Assembly (NCBI GenBank): GCA_030390025.1
Contig: CM059435.1
Coordinates: 30,380,001 to 30,444,000 of the forward strand
Source of the DNA: Squalus acanthias
Taxonomy: Eukaryota
Direction: 5' to 3'
DNA: 64,000 nucleotides
Positions 46,068 through 57,409 of the stretch are shown here, piece after piece. A model generated the notes under the pieces. The model did no database searches. It was given only the letters and a program-made list of their open reading frames with translations, and was not told where the DNA came from. The position numbers and the translations under genes were made by a program. Position 1 is the stretch's first letter. Every line of letters begins with the position of its first letter.

Positions 46068-48564
46068 ATGGTGTTCAGGTATTGGTTGTAGCACCTGTTC
46101 AGACTGTAATCTATAAATAAATCTCCTTAGCATTAGATTTCATTTCAGCACATTGGTGAAATATTGTGCAATTCTCGTCGCTGTTCAGATGCGATTATTG
46201 TTCATCTCTTGTACTCTCACATCGCTGGATTCTTCTACTTTAAATGAACACACTGCTTGTGTTCCTCCATTTAATATAGGAAGGAAAACCTAGCCCAGAA
46301 GGCCACAGTGCAACATAGAATTTTTTTGAAAGTTTACTAAAATGTACAAGAATAATTCTGTTTAATGGAATTACATATTATATATTTTAAAATCAACATA
46401 TTTAATTACTGATAGGGACAAGTGACAAACTGGCTTTCAGTTTGTCCTACTTTAGCTTTGTTATTCATAGATACTCATTCCTTTATTGTCAGAAACCATT
46501 CCATCAAATTCCCTGCATTTTAGAGACACATAGGCCAAGAGTTTAAAGTAATCTGTTTCTCCTCATAGGGAAACTCAGACAGGAGCCAGACTGAAAATTG
46601 ATAAACAGGCTCACAGATTCCTGAGTGTGTTTGAGTAGCACCTCCATCTGCTGCTGAGTTTGTAATTTCATAATAACATAATGGATTGATCTCACTCTGA
46701 AAAGGCAATTTTAAGGCTTGACAAACTATGTGGCCTCATGCATAACAGATGATGAAAGAAGGAAATCATGGGACCACAGACACTATTTTTTACTAATAAA
46801 ATCAGGGTTTTAACTGATGTGACAATAATATAACTGCAAAAGTTAATCTAAGATTATATCCTACTTTAATATAATACATTTTAACATCATACTGTAAAAT
46901 TATTCAAGTGTTATGCACAGCTGAATTTTATTTGTGCTTTATAAAGGTTTCATTTTGGCAGTGTTGCAGATTGGCAATGGATTGACATGGATAATGTTCA
47001 AAGCTGATCTAAAAGTGATTTACATTTGATGTTCGTGTCTTCAGATTTAAAAAAAAGTCATTTCCTTTACACATCTAAGACAAAGCTGTACTTAATCTTC
47101 TGAAATGACGTCCCTGCTTAGGATAATTGAATCATGATTGGAAGTTAATTAGCAATTATGTTCAGAAGGTCATTATCTTCTGCTATAAGGGATTTATGAA
47201 AGTTAATGTGTTTCGTAAAGGACTAACATCATGTAGAGGGATTTACAAAATCATAATCTATCTCACAGTCATGCTGGAAGCCACAGAAGGAATTTAGTAT
47301 TAAATGGATTACTGGAATAAAGCCCTGGCAAGTTATTGTAATGTCTGGTTGTCGCCAATTTTTCAACTGCAACTGTTTTGTAATTAATGATTAACTTCAC
47401 CAGGGATTGAAATGACTTACTTCAGTTTTTAGTCTGATTTTATCTTATTATTTTATGCTTTATTAGGAGTTGAGCCCCGATTGATCAAATCTAAACAAGA
47501 ATTAATTGAAATTTCACCACAGTCAGAGTGAATAACAACTTGGCAGGAATGCACTTAAACAGATAAAAGAACAGTGCTCCTTTGTGACCCTTGCTATTAG
47601 CAACAATAATGTACAGTTAAAGGGCATCCTAACTTAATAAGTTCTGAGGTGCTTCTGAGAATAGAAGTGAGCCCTGAGTAGTAGTCGGAGAGTTAGGAGA
47701 GACCATGGTCAGAAAGAGAAGTTTTGAGGAGGCTTTTGAAACAGGTGTAAGTAGCAAGTTGGTGGCATTTAGGGAAAGAGTAGAGCCACAATGGCAGAAG
47801 GCTCTGCTACTGACAATGGGGCAGAAGAAGGGGCGATGTACAGGAGGTCTGAATCAGATGATCACGGACAACCAAAAACATTTACACCAATTTTAAAATA
47901 AAAGCATTAGGTGATTAGCTGAGCCTGACTTCACTAGAGGCTGGGATTCTTCCTGCTCAGCTTCAGATAACTCCGCCCTACCAGATTGGGTGGTCCTAGC
48001 TGGGCAAGCGACAGTAAACTTACCATTGAACTGCTCTGGTAAGCTGTATGATTTTAGTTGGTTAAGCCCCAGCCTTACCATGGTGCACACATGGGGATCC
48101 CTAAGCCTTGGCTTTGAACCCAAGCTGCATCTAAGCTCTCTGCTTTTAGCTAAGTGGATGTTCCCTATGGGGAGAGTGACTGCATTCCATACTGAGCAAA
48201 CAGAAATTCTACAGCTGGTGGTAAATTTCTCAGTAACTTGAATTGAGAACTTTTAAACAGCGCAATGGGTTTCCTTGCATGTCACATACCAGGGTAACCA
48301 AAAAATATATAATTAAATGTGATAAATAGAAGGAATTGTGTGGGTTTATTGACCATAAATCAAATCTTATCAGGAAACTCAACAAGCTTATTCAGTGACA
48401 TTTGGTTATGATTTCTGCTGCTAATGCTCATGGAGGCTTGTATTAAAAGGGTTAGGAAGCCAGCGGAGGGCATCAGCTGGTGGTTTTAACACTATTCTGA
48501 CTTTTATGCCCTGTGAAAAAAATAATTTATTAGCTTTAATGCTCTTCCCTCCTGAGTTGGAGTT

Positions 48565-49200
48565 ATGGTATTACCAGGATCTGTAGACATGCTGGTGAAT
48601 ATTACAGCTGCAGTCCATGCTTTCTTGCATTCCTGCAGGAGACAGAAGGCAGAGCAGGTGTGGAGGCTTCATAGAACACTCAGAGCCATGCACACCAACT
48701 TCCTCAGAGCCTTGTGTCCAGGCCAAGGAGCAGGGTGTGCAAAGGCTGAGGATCTCCAGGGAAGTGGTTGCCAATTTCTGCTACCTCCTAAAGATGAGCT
48801 GCAGAGTGATGTTCAGTCAGCTCTTGTGTTTCCTGTGGCAATCAATACTTATGTTACTAATGGGTCTCAACAGCGGACATCACAAAGATGAGCCACTGTT
48901 CTGTCCACAGAACCATAAAACAGGTGAATGATGGGTTATTACCCATTCCCAATAGGACATCAACTTTGGAATGGAGCAGTACTTGTGACACCAAGAGCAG
49001 CAGGACTTCTACCAATTTCCACAGTTCCCTGGAGTTTAGGGAATAATCATCTGTACTATTGCTATTCAGGTGCCAGTTAGAAATGCCATTGCATACGTAA
49101 GTTAGAAAGGGCTTTCATTCCCTTAATGTGTAGGTGGTGTGTGAACCCTGATTTAGGATTATGAGCATTGATGCTGCTTTCCTGGAGGTGCCCATGATTC
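48565..49200 (+). pseudogene. Highly decayed HARBI1-like Harbinger transposase (N-terminal half to first catalytic region)
   Basis: Across frames: VQRLRISREVVANFCYLL, LVFPVA, DFYQFPQFPGV*GII, YVS*KGFHSLNV*VVCEP*FRIMSIDAAF, which compares with the HARBI1-family NRKGFHSLNVQVVCD motif. Confidence 0.7.
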
Positions 49201-49730
49201 ATACATCCTGTGCTAATCCAACATTAATGGAATTTTCCCTGTGGATGGAAGGCTTGATGGCTGGGTGCTGGGAGCTGTGTTGTATGTGTTGCAATTGTGG
49301 CTCACGCGGTCACTGTACAATCTGCACAGCAAGGTTCAATCTCAGTACAGTGAGGCCCATGCCTGGACCAGGTGCTGATCGAGCAGCTCTTGCGTGCGCT
49401 CAAACAACATTGTCTGGATTGCTCTTGTGGTTTCCCCATCTATGTCCCTGAAAAGGTAGCCAAAATAGCTGCAAAACATTGCCATTAATAGAGGCACCAA
49501 CTTACAGTTCCCTAATGCTCAGCAGGCACCAGTGCAAGAGAAAACAGTGCAAGAGTAACAACCTCTGCCATCTGTGGAAAGAGGTCTGCTCAGCTTGAGA
49601 ACCATACCAGCAATTAATTGACAGCTTCTTTCTTTGAGCTGCTGCACTGGGATATTTTATTCCTGTGTTGACTGCAATGATATCCGTTCTATCACTAGGC
49701 TCTGATGACATGCACCCTAGGGTGTGTTTT

Positions 49731-50197
49731 AGCCATGGCTCAGTTGGTAGCACTCTCACCTCAGAAGGTTGTGGGTTCAAAGTCCCAATCCAGAGACTTG
49801 AGCACAAAAAATCTAGGCTGACACTCCAGTGCAGTACTGAGGAAGTGCTGCACTGTCGGAGATGCCGTCTTTCAGATAAGACGTTAAACCAAGGCCCCAT
49901 CTACTCTCTCAGATGGATGTAAAAGATCCCATGGCACTATTTTGAAGAAGAGCAGGGGAATTATCCCCAGTGCCTTGGCCAATATTTATTCCTCAATCAA
50001 CAACAGTAAAAAACAGATTATCTGGTCATTATCACATTGCTGTTTGTGGGAGCTTGCTGTGCGCAATTTGACTGCCGCATTTCCTACATTACAACAGTGA
50101 GTACACTTCAAAAAGTACTTAATTGACTGTAAAGTGCTTTGGGGCATCCTGATGTGGTGAAAGGCACTATATAAATGCAAGTCTTTCTTTCTTCTTT
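49731..50197 (+). mobile_element. Deu-domain tRNA-SINE (SacSINE1-like), full length
   Basis: TGGCTCAGTTGG A box, GGTTCAAAGTCC B box, central core, L2-like 3' end and (TCTT)n tail. Confidence 0.9.
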
Positions 50198-51113
50198 AGT
50201 GTGTTGAAAGAGGAGATAACAGAAGCTCTGGCCACAATTTTATAATCTCTCCTTAAATATGCAAATTCACAATCTCTGAGTTACTGGTCCAATACCATAA
50301 ACACTAGACTGCCAGTTATTTTCTCCACAGCAGGTTACTCCATTCAATTTATCTACTAAGTGCAGAGGTCTGAAACTGATAATAAAAGCATTCAATCTGG
50401 TCTGTTCCCAGGATCTTCATAAGGTGAGTGGTGTTCAGAGTGCCAATGCAATGGAAGCCTGATTCAATGAAAAATTGAAGGGGTATTGATACTGAGAGAA
50501 AGGTTAATAGTAAATTAATAGTATTTAAATACAAGGCTTTGGTATCAATTACCTATTGAACATTATCGACAGAGAATAGGCAAATGCGGTAGACAGGGAG
50601 AGAGACAGAGCGAGGTCACAGAAACAAAATAATACAGACACAGATCAGAAGGCCACAGGACTTGCTACGAACAATGTCACGGGAGATTTATTAGTAATAC
50701 TCGTGTATTTTCAGTAGATATACTATCTACTCCACTCCACACAGCTCAACGCAGCTTGATAAACAGCTGCAGTTCATTAAATATCCACATAAACAGTTGC
50801 CAGCGCTTCCTGGATTTGAATAACTGTCAGAGATATGAAAAGTAACTGCCAGTCATACACATATTAAGCAAATCACACAGTATGTGTTTGTTTGAACGTG
50901 ATATGGCTCTTCTCTTCAGCCTTTCAATTAGATAAGCAGACTAGACTGTACTCAAAACCTTTTAATTGAGTTAGGCTGGGACACAGATTTTAACTACAGT
51001 TAGTTTTTAAACCCCTCAAGTTTTCTGATCACAATGCCAATGATAACCCATTCATTTCAAATGGGTTAATATTGGTGTTACCATCGGCAAACCTAGGCCT
51101 TTACATATTGTGA

Positions 51114-51452
51114 TGCGGAGATGCCGGTGTTGGACTGGGGTGGACAAAAGTGAGAAGTCGCACAACACCAGGTTATAGTCCAACAGTTTTATTTGAAATC
51201 ACAAGCTTTCGGAGCTGCTGCCCCTTCGTCAGGTGAAGTGAAGGAATACGAATCGGCAAAGCATATATAGACAGAGAACAATGCCTGTGTAGCGTACAAT
51301 GTCAGACGACTACAGTTAATCTTTCTGACTGCCTTTTATCACACCTCGGCAGAGAAACAATCAGGTCAGTCAGGAAGGCATTATATCAAAGACATAGCAA
51401 GATACAACTAAGACAATGAGGTGGAGTCACAGGGGGTCTAATGTGTCTAATG
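51114..51452 (-). mobile_element. Penelope-like non-coding fragment (second family) with a 14-bp TSD
   Basis: TTTACATATTGTGA at 51100-51113 and 51453-51466; contains a hammerhead motif followed by AATAAA on the minus strand. Confidence 0.82.
51199..51236 (-). ncRNA. Minimal type I hammerhead ribozyme motif
   Basis: TCAC-CTGACGA-A-GGGGC-AGCA-GCTCC-GAAA-GC-TT-GTGA: conserved core, stem II (one G-U), stem I TCAC/GTGA, palindromic AGCT in place of stem III. Confidence 0.75.
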
Positions 51453-53699
51453 TTTACATATTGTGACTGAGCTAAAGGAGCCTCTACTGAGCTAGAACAA
51501 GACAAAAATACTTCATTTTTGTCATAACACCACTGGTCTAAGATGTCAATAGTCTGAGGAATAGAAGCCTTTGTGTCCTGACAGACCCTGTAAAAGGATC
51601 ATAGCCCTCTCAGGGAACAACTAGTAACAAAGTTCCCTCCAAAGTCCTCCCTTTTGGCTGCTAAGTAATAGCTGCTGCAATATGGAAGCTTACCATGTAT
51701 TTTTTGCAAAGCCATCATTTTTTTTTAATGTAAAAATTGTTTTCACCTGTGAACTGGATTGTTGACATGAATGATATCAATGCATTATGGATGACTTCAA
51801 TTACCTTGTATGTTATCAGACAAATGCAGAAAAATTGGCAGGAAACATTTCAAGGGACGTGATGTCTCTTTAACGCTGGGAAGTTTGCAGCTCATCATCA
51901 GTGTATCTCGGACCAATTTCCAATTTTTCTTCCTCCCCCCCAATTCATGTTGACTTGATATTGTCATTTTTCATGTACCTTTTCTTTCGACATTACGTCA
52001 AGTTTGGAAGACAGCTCATTTGTTCATCATTTTACATGTCATATTTATTTCAGTTTGCTTTTCTTTTGCATTCCTTGAGTAATAGGCTGCCTTCTTTGTA
52101 AATGCTGAGCCAGGTTGTCTCCCTCTAATTTTATTTCTCATATTTCACCTACAACTCAATCAACTGGCTCCTGATATCATGAAATGTTGTTATGACAAAT
52201 AAAATGAAATTCGAAAAACAATTCACTGCCTGATTGATCCACCATTCTTCAAGAATAATTAGCTGTGCAGTCAACTCCACTTATACAACACCTAATAAAT
52301 GACTATTTTTTGTTGCGTGTAAACAATGTGAAAATTTAAAATCATTTCCTATACAGACCGATCATATTCAGTACAATTAACAACAAAATTAAAGTTTGGC
52401 CCAGATCATATATTGACTAGCATTTAGCTCTAGTTATAAAGGTCACTTGTTGCATAATTTCAATAACCTGCCAATTTACAGCAAAGTAAAATAATTATAG
52501 AATCAATATTACAAGTAAAAAGTAACCAAGAAACCAAGTACATTTGTATTAATAGCTCAATGTGAATTCCCAATAAATGACTGTTATGGGATAAGATGCT
52601 ACTGACGAATTGATAACATCCAGTTTATGGGGACTGAATATGTCAAATTTAGTTTTTATTACATGGGATTCCAGGATTTTTACCAGTGTTTTGGAGATCG
52701 CATCTCACAATTCTGTCTATTTATAATTAGGGCCAGTGGCTTATGGTCACTGAATAAATCAAATTTGTTTTATTACATGGAATTATAGGATTTTCTGGCA
52801 ATTTGTTTTCTTTGTTATTGGGCTGTCATATTTTGAGATTCTGTCTATTTTTCATGAAAACGGCCTTGATAATCCCAAGAGGGAGATACAACAGATATTT
52901 TATGAGTTGCATGCAACCCTTACATATTTAATGTGTAAATGAGTCTATTTAATTTTACACCAACCACTAATAACACTGTTTGAATAAATGTTTTTGTAAT
53001 CAAGTGATATACATGAAAATATAGTGCTGCTCTGCTAGGAACACAACTCCATCAACCGACTGACTGAATTTTCATTCTTTGTTTGTATCCAACTCTCTAG
53101 TGCTACTGGTTACAGAAATATTTTTGAATACAAGGAAACAATCATATCGACTGCTTCGCAGACGTGTCAATGGTGATTTACTCTCTGTGAAAGAAATCCT
53201 TCTCATCTACCAATAAATTACCACATCTGAAGAAGAAATCAATCAGCGTGGAGCCTAGCTATAAAAATTAGTTGGTCTAAATGCAATTTTATACATGAGA
53301 CTGTATAAAAGAGTCAGTGTACCTTACCTTTAATGATAATTAATTTCCCCTTATTCCTATCAAATGGATATACGGTTAAATTTACATCTGTGTCAGACTT
53401 TCAAACATTCGCAAAGTTGCATTGATGATCAAACTCTAGCTCCTGCCTAATTTTCCAAGTTAACATGTGAGGCATGACATTGCAATGTTGGCAGTTTTAG
53501 GGTCACTTTCACCTATGGTGCTACAGTGGGGAGAATGGGCCTCACTGAAAATTATGAAGTTCGCCCCTCACACAAACTAGCTTCGGCTTCCAGTGCCTGG
53601 AAATTCTTGAGTGGTATTCCTGAAGCACAGTTGGCTGGGAAGGTTAGATTTCCAGAAAGGCAGGAGCTCTTAAAGGGGGCTGCTCACTCTTTAATGGCT

Positions 53700-55430
53700 T
53701 TTTAAAATCTAATTTCCTACTCTTCCTCTAATTCCATACCCTTTAATTTTCTCCAATTAAGGTACCTTGTCAAAGGCTTTCTGAATGTCCATGTACACCC
53801 ATTTGTCATACCTGTTACCTGCTCAAAGAACTCAGGTTTGTTAAGCATAATGTTCCTTTCTGAAATTCATGTTGGCTGCTTCAAGTTATTTTCTCTTCAC
53901 CTAGACATTTATTAATTTCATCATTAATTAAAGATTCCAAATTTTCCCAACCACAGATGTTAAACTAACTGAAATAAAAACAGAAAATGCTGGAAATACT
54001 CAGCAAGTCAGTCAGCCAGTATCTGTGGAGAGAGAAACAAAGTTAATGTTTCAAGTGAATGACCTTTCATCAGAACTGGCAAAAGTTAGAGAAGTAACAG
54101 TTTTAAGCAAGTACAGTCAGGGAAAGGGGAGAGCTGAGGAAAGAACAAAAGGGAAAGTCTGTGATAGGGTGGAAGGCAGGAGAGATTAAATGACAAAAGG
54201 AATGATGGTGCAAGGCAAAAGGAGACGGTAATGAGACAAGTAAAGAAACAAAACATGGGTCTAGAGGAGATGTAACTGGCAACAGCAGAATCATTACCAA
54301 CAGCTGCTGTCTGAAAAAGTGGGAGCGGTAGTTATGATCTGAAATTGTTGAACTCAAAGTTGAGTCTGGAAGGCTGTAAAGAGCCTAATCGCAAGCTGAG
54401 GTGCTGTTAGTCGAACTTCCGTTGAGCTTCATTGGAACAGTGTAGGAGGCCAAAGACAGAGGGATCAGAGTGGGAGTGGGGCAGAGAATTAAAATATCAG
54501 GCGACCGGAAGCTCAGGGTCACGGTTGCAGACTGAAAGGAGGTGTTCGACAAAGCGATCACCCAATCTGCGTTTGGTCTCCCCAGTGTAGAGGAGACCGC
54601 ATCATGAGCAACGAATACAGTATACTAAATTGAAAGAAGTACAAGTAAATCGCTGTTTCACCTGGAAGGAGTGTTTGGGCCCCTGGATGGTGAGAAGGGA
54701 GGAGGTAAAAGGGCAGGTGTTGCATCTCCTGTGCTTGCATGGGAAGGTGCCGTGGGAAGGGGAGGGGTTGTTGGAGGTGATTGAAGAGTGGACCAGGGTG
54801 TCGCAAAGGCAGAGGTCCCTTCGGTATGCTGAAAGGGAAGGGGAGGGGATTGTAGATATCCACAGATAACCTGCTGAGTATTCCCAACATTTTTTTGTTT
54901 TAATTTCAGATTTCCAGCATCCGCAGTATTTTGTTTTTGTTAAACGAACTGGCCTGTTAGCTTGGCCTCCCTTGTTGAAAATGGGCATTACATTGGCCAC
55001 TCTCCAGTCCTCCAGCACACATCCACTCTCAATAGAACTCTGGAATATAATTTCTAGGGCCTCCTCTATTTTCCCCCCATTTTCATTAGCATCCTTAGAT
55101 GTACCCCATTAGGTTCTGACACTTTTGTCCTCATTTAACTTAACTAATTTTTCTAATACCTTTCTTTTTTATTAAATCTCTTAACTCCCTTTAATCAAGT
55201 CAGGTTTGACCTCCACCTGCCAAAAAAAAATCCTTCTCTTTTGTAAACACGCATGTGAAGTATTTGTTAAGTAGTCCCACCAATTTCTGTTTGTCCTCTA
55301 CTAACTTGCTATCCTAGCCTCTCGGGGGTTCTACCGCACATTTAGCATTTTCTTTCTACTGATATATTTGTAGAATAGATCACTGTTATTTTTCATAGTT
55401 TTGAAATTGTCCCTTATACTCCTAGAAGAT
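53700..55430 (-). mobile_element. Old CR1 RT fragment interrupted by a Penelope-like element
   Basis: EDWRVANVMPIFNKGG..NRPVRL and degenerate [10 protein letters not shown]; collinear with the other CR1 copies. Confidence 0.7.
53972..54937 (-). mobile_element. Penelope-like retroelement 3' part: GIY-YIG endonuclease remnant, pLTR with a decayed hammerhead (54041-54077), and an inverted pLTR piece (~54870-54937)
   Basis: CKHRRCNTCPF...FTCTSFNLVYCIRCS*CGLLYTGETKRRLGDRFVEH (minus strand, ~54336-54870); 14-bp TSD TGTTAAAC(T/G)AACTG at 53958-53971 and 54938-54951. Confidence 0.9.
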
Positions 55431-55575
55431 ATGTAAGAGTCTTTTTCCCTTTTCAATGGAGAAGTTATTCTTTTTCTCAGTCATTCCTTTATCTTCTCTT
55501 TTCTCTTTTTCTCTCTCCTCCTCTTCTCTCTCCTTCCTCCTCTTCTCTTTTGTTCCCTTTTCTGTCTAATTCATT

Positions 55576-56298
55576 GGGCACGAGATTCGGTAGCACCCTA
55601 TTTCGGCGAGGAAGTCCTGTCCCAGCCGCGAAATTCGCCTTACTGCCCTGCCCAGGAAGTGGAGCGCAATGTCGGGCGCTCCACTTCCAGGTGGGGCGGT
55701 AACCGTGACGATGTCTGGGTGTGAATGGCAGCGCTTGGTGGAGGCGCCGTTGAGCGCTGCCACATTTCAACGCCCCTCCTCTTCAGTTAAAGGGGAGGGC
55801 TGCTGCGCATTCTGCAGGGCCTCCGATGGCCCACACTAAGCCACTAGGATGGCGTGGTGCGGTGCCGGGCTGCGCGATGGTGGCCAGGACCACGCCACGG
55901 CCCATCACAGAGGGCCAACCTGGAGGTCAGCCAAAAAAAGAAAATGGCGGCCCGGGTCGCAGCCGCACCTCCCCTTTAACTACCGCCCCATGAGCGGAGG
56001 TTGGCTCGGCTTGCGACCCGCGAGGCTGGTGCTGACATCACCCATGGCAGCCTCGTGGGGCGGTAAGGGGACGCGGCGGGGTGCTAAGGGGTCGCGGCGC
56101 ACAGCGATGACGTCATCGCCGGGGGTACAGTGGCCCGGGGCACTACTGGCGGGGGCTATCGGGTCGCGCCTCAGCAACGCCCCGCCGAATTTTGCGGGAG
56201 GCGCTTCAGCCCCCACCCCGGGCGATAACCGCTTTGCGCCCTGTTAGCGCCCCCCAGAGGCACTAATGACAGGCGCAAAGGAGCCGAATTTCGCTGCC
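55576..56298. mobile_element. GC-rich Harbinger-type MITE inserted in a CT-rich tract
   Basis: TSD ATT; TIR GGGCACGAGATTCGG / GGCAGCGAAATTCGG; palindrome GCGATGACGTCATCGC at 56104-56119; one arm related (inverted) to the 3996 and 32727 copies. Confidence 0.82.
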
Positions 56299-57409
56299 AT
56301 TCTGTCTTTCCTCTCATTCCCCTCTTTTGTATTTTCCTTCTTTTCCCCTTTATTGTTCCTCTTCTCTCTGTTGTGCTTCACTCTCTTCTTTCTCTTGCAC
56401 TTTTCTCTTCCTCCTTCCCCCTTTTCTCTCTTTCATTCTCTCCTGTCTAGCTTCTCATTTTTGTACTTTGTTTTTATCTTCTCCTTGTGTTCGATTCTTG
56501 TTATTTCCCTCTCTGTCTCTTTTCCAGTGATTGCATTACCAATAGCCTCCTTATAAGATGTTTCCATTGGTGGACCTATTCATTTTTTGCCTCCTCTTTG
56601 CTGTCAGTTGATCTTCAGGCAGACCCTTTCTCTGCTCAAACTGTTTATATGATCTGTTTTTTAGTCAATCAGAAAAATAAATTATTAAAGTTTGACCTGC
56701 TTGAAAAGCACCAGGTTAAACTTCATTATGTAACTTTCAAAACAAGGAAGTTGTTGATGAATGACACAGCTCAGCAACAGTTGCCCTGGTAAGAGATTTC
56801 ACTCACTTGGTTGTGCTTTGAGGGTTAAGTATTTTATGACAACAGGCTCTAGTTTCCTTTTGATCACTGAAATGCATTCCACTGCTTTTCAGACTAAACA
56901 ATATAAGACTAGAATTCCAATTTTCACTGTAAGTGGTGATTAATTTAATTATAATAAGCATGTTATTCCATTCATTTATTATTAAGTGATTTGAGATCTT
57001 GGAATGTTTTCACTATTAATAGCATTTGTTAAATCAGAGTTTACTAAGTATGGGCACTATTGTACAATTGTATAGTTGATGGTTGGAGAATATCTCATTC
57101 TTATTCAATAGAGATCATTTGTTAAAAATGAGTAAACTTTGATAAGTCAACTTATACAGTAACAGGACTTTATAACTCAATTCTCGGAAGTGTGTTATTT
57201 TTCTGTAACAATCTTCCTGTCCTGTGATAGGACCATGTTTAGTTTTCCATTAGTAGACATATTATTGAATTCTTGCAATCTGTTTGCTGAGAAATAAGTA
57301 ATTTGTTTGTGAGTAAAGTGCACATTAAGAAAATCAGCCAATCAGCCAAACTCCTATGAAGCAACAGTTGCATCACAGTCCAATGGTTCAATGATGGAAT
57401 GGAAACATT

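Noticed and set aside
47895-48170. Old tRNA-SINE or ncRNA on the minus strand
   Set aside because: Only a B-box-like GGTTCAAAGCC is visible; too decayed to call without a profile search.
49731-49800. tRNA genes (also ~10330-10400 and ~37283-37350)
   Set aside because: The A/B boxes run straight into SINE body and tail; these are tRNA-derived SINE heads.
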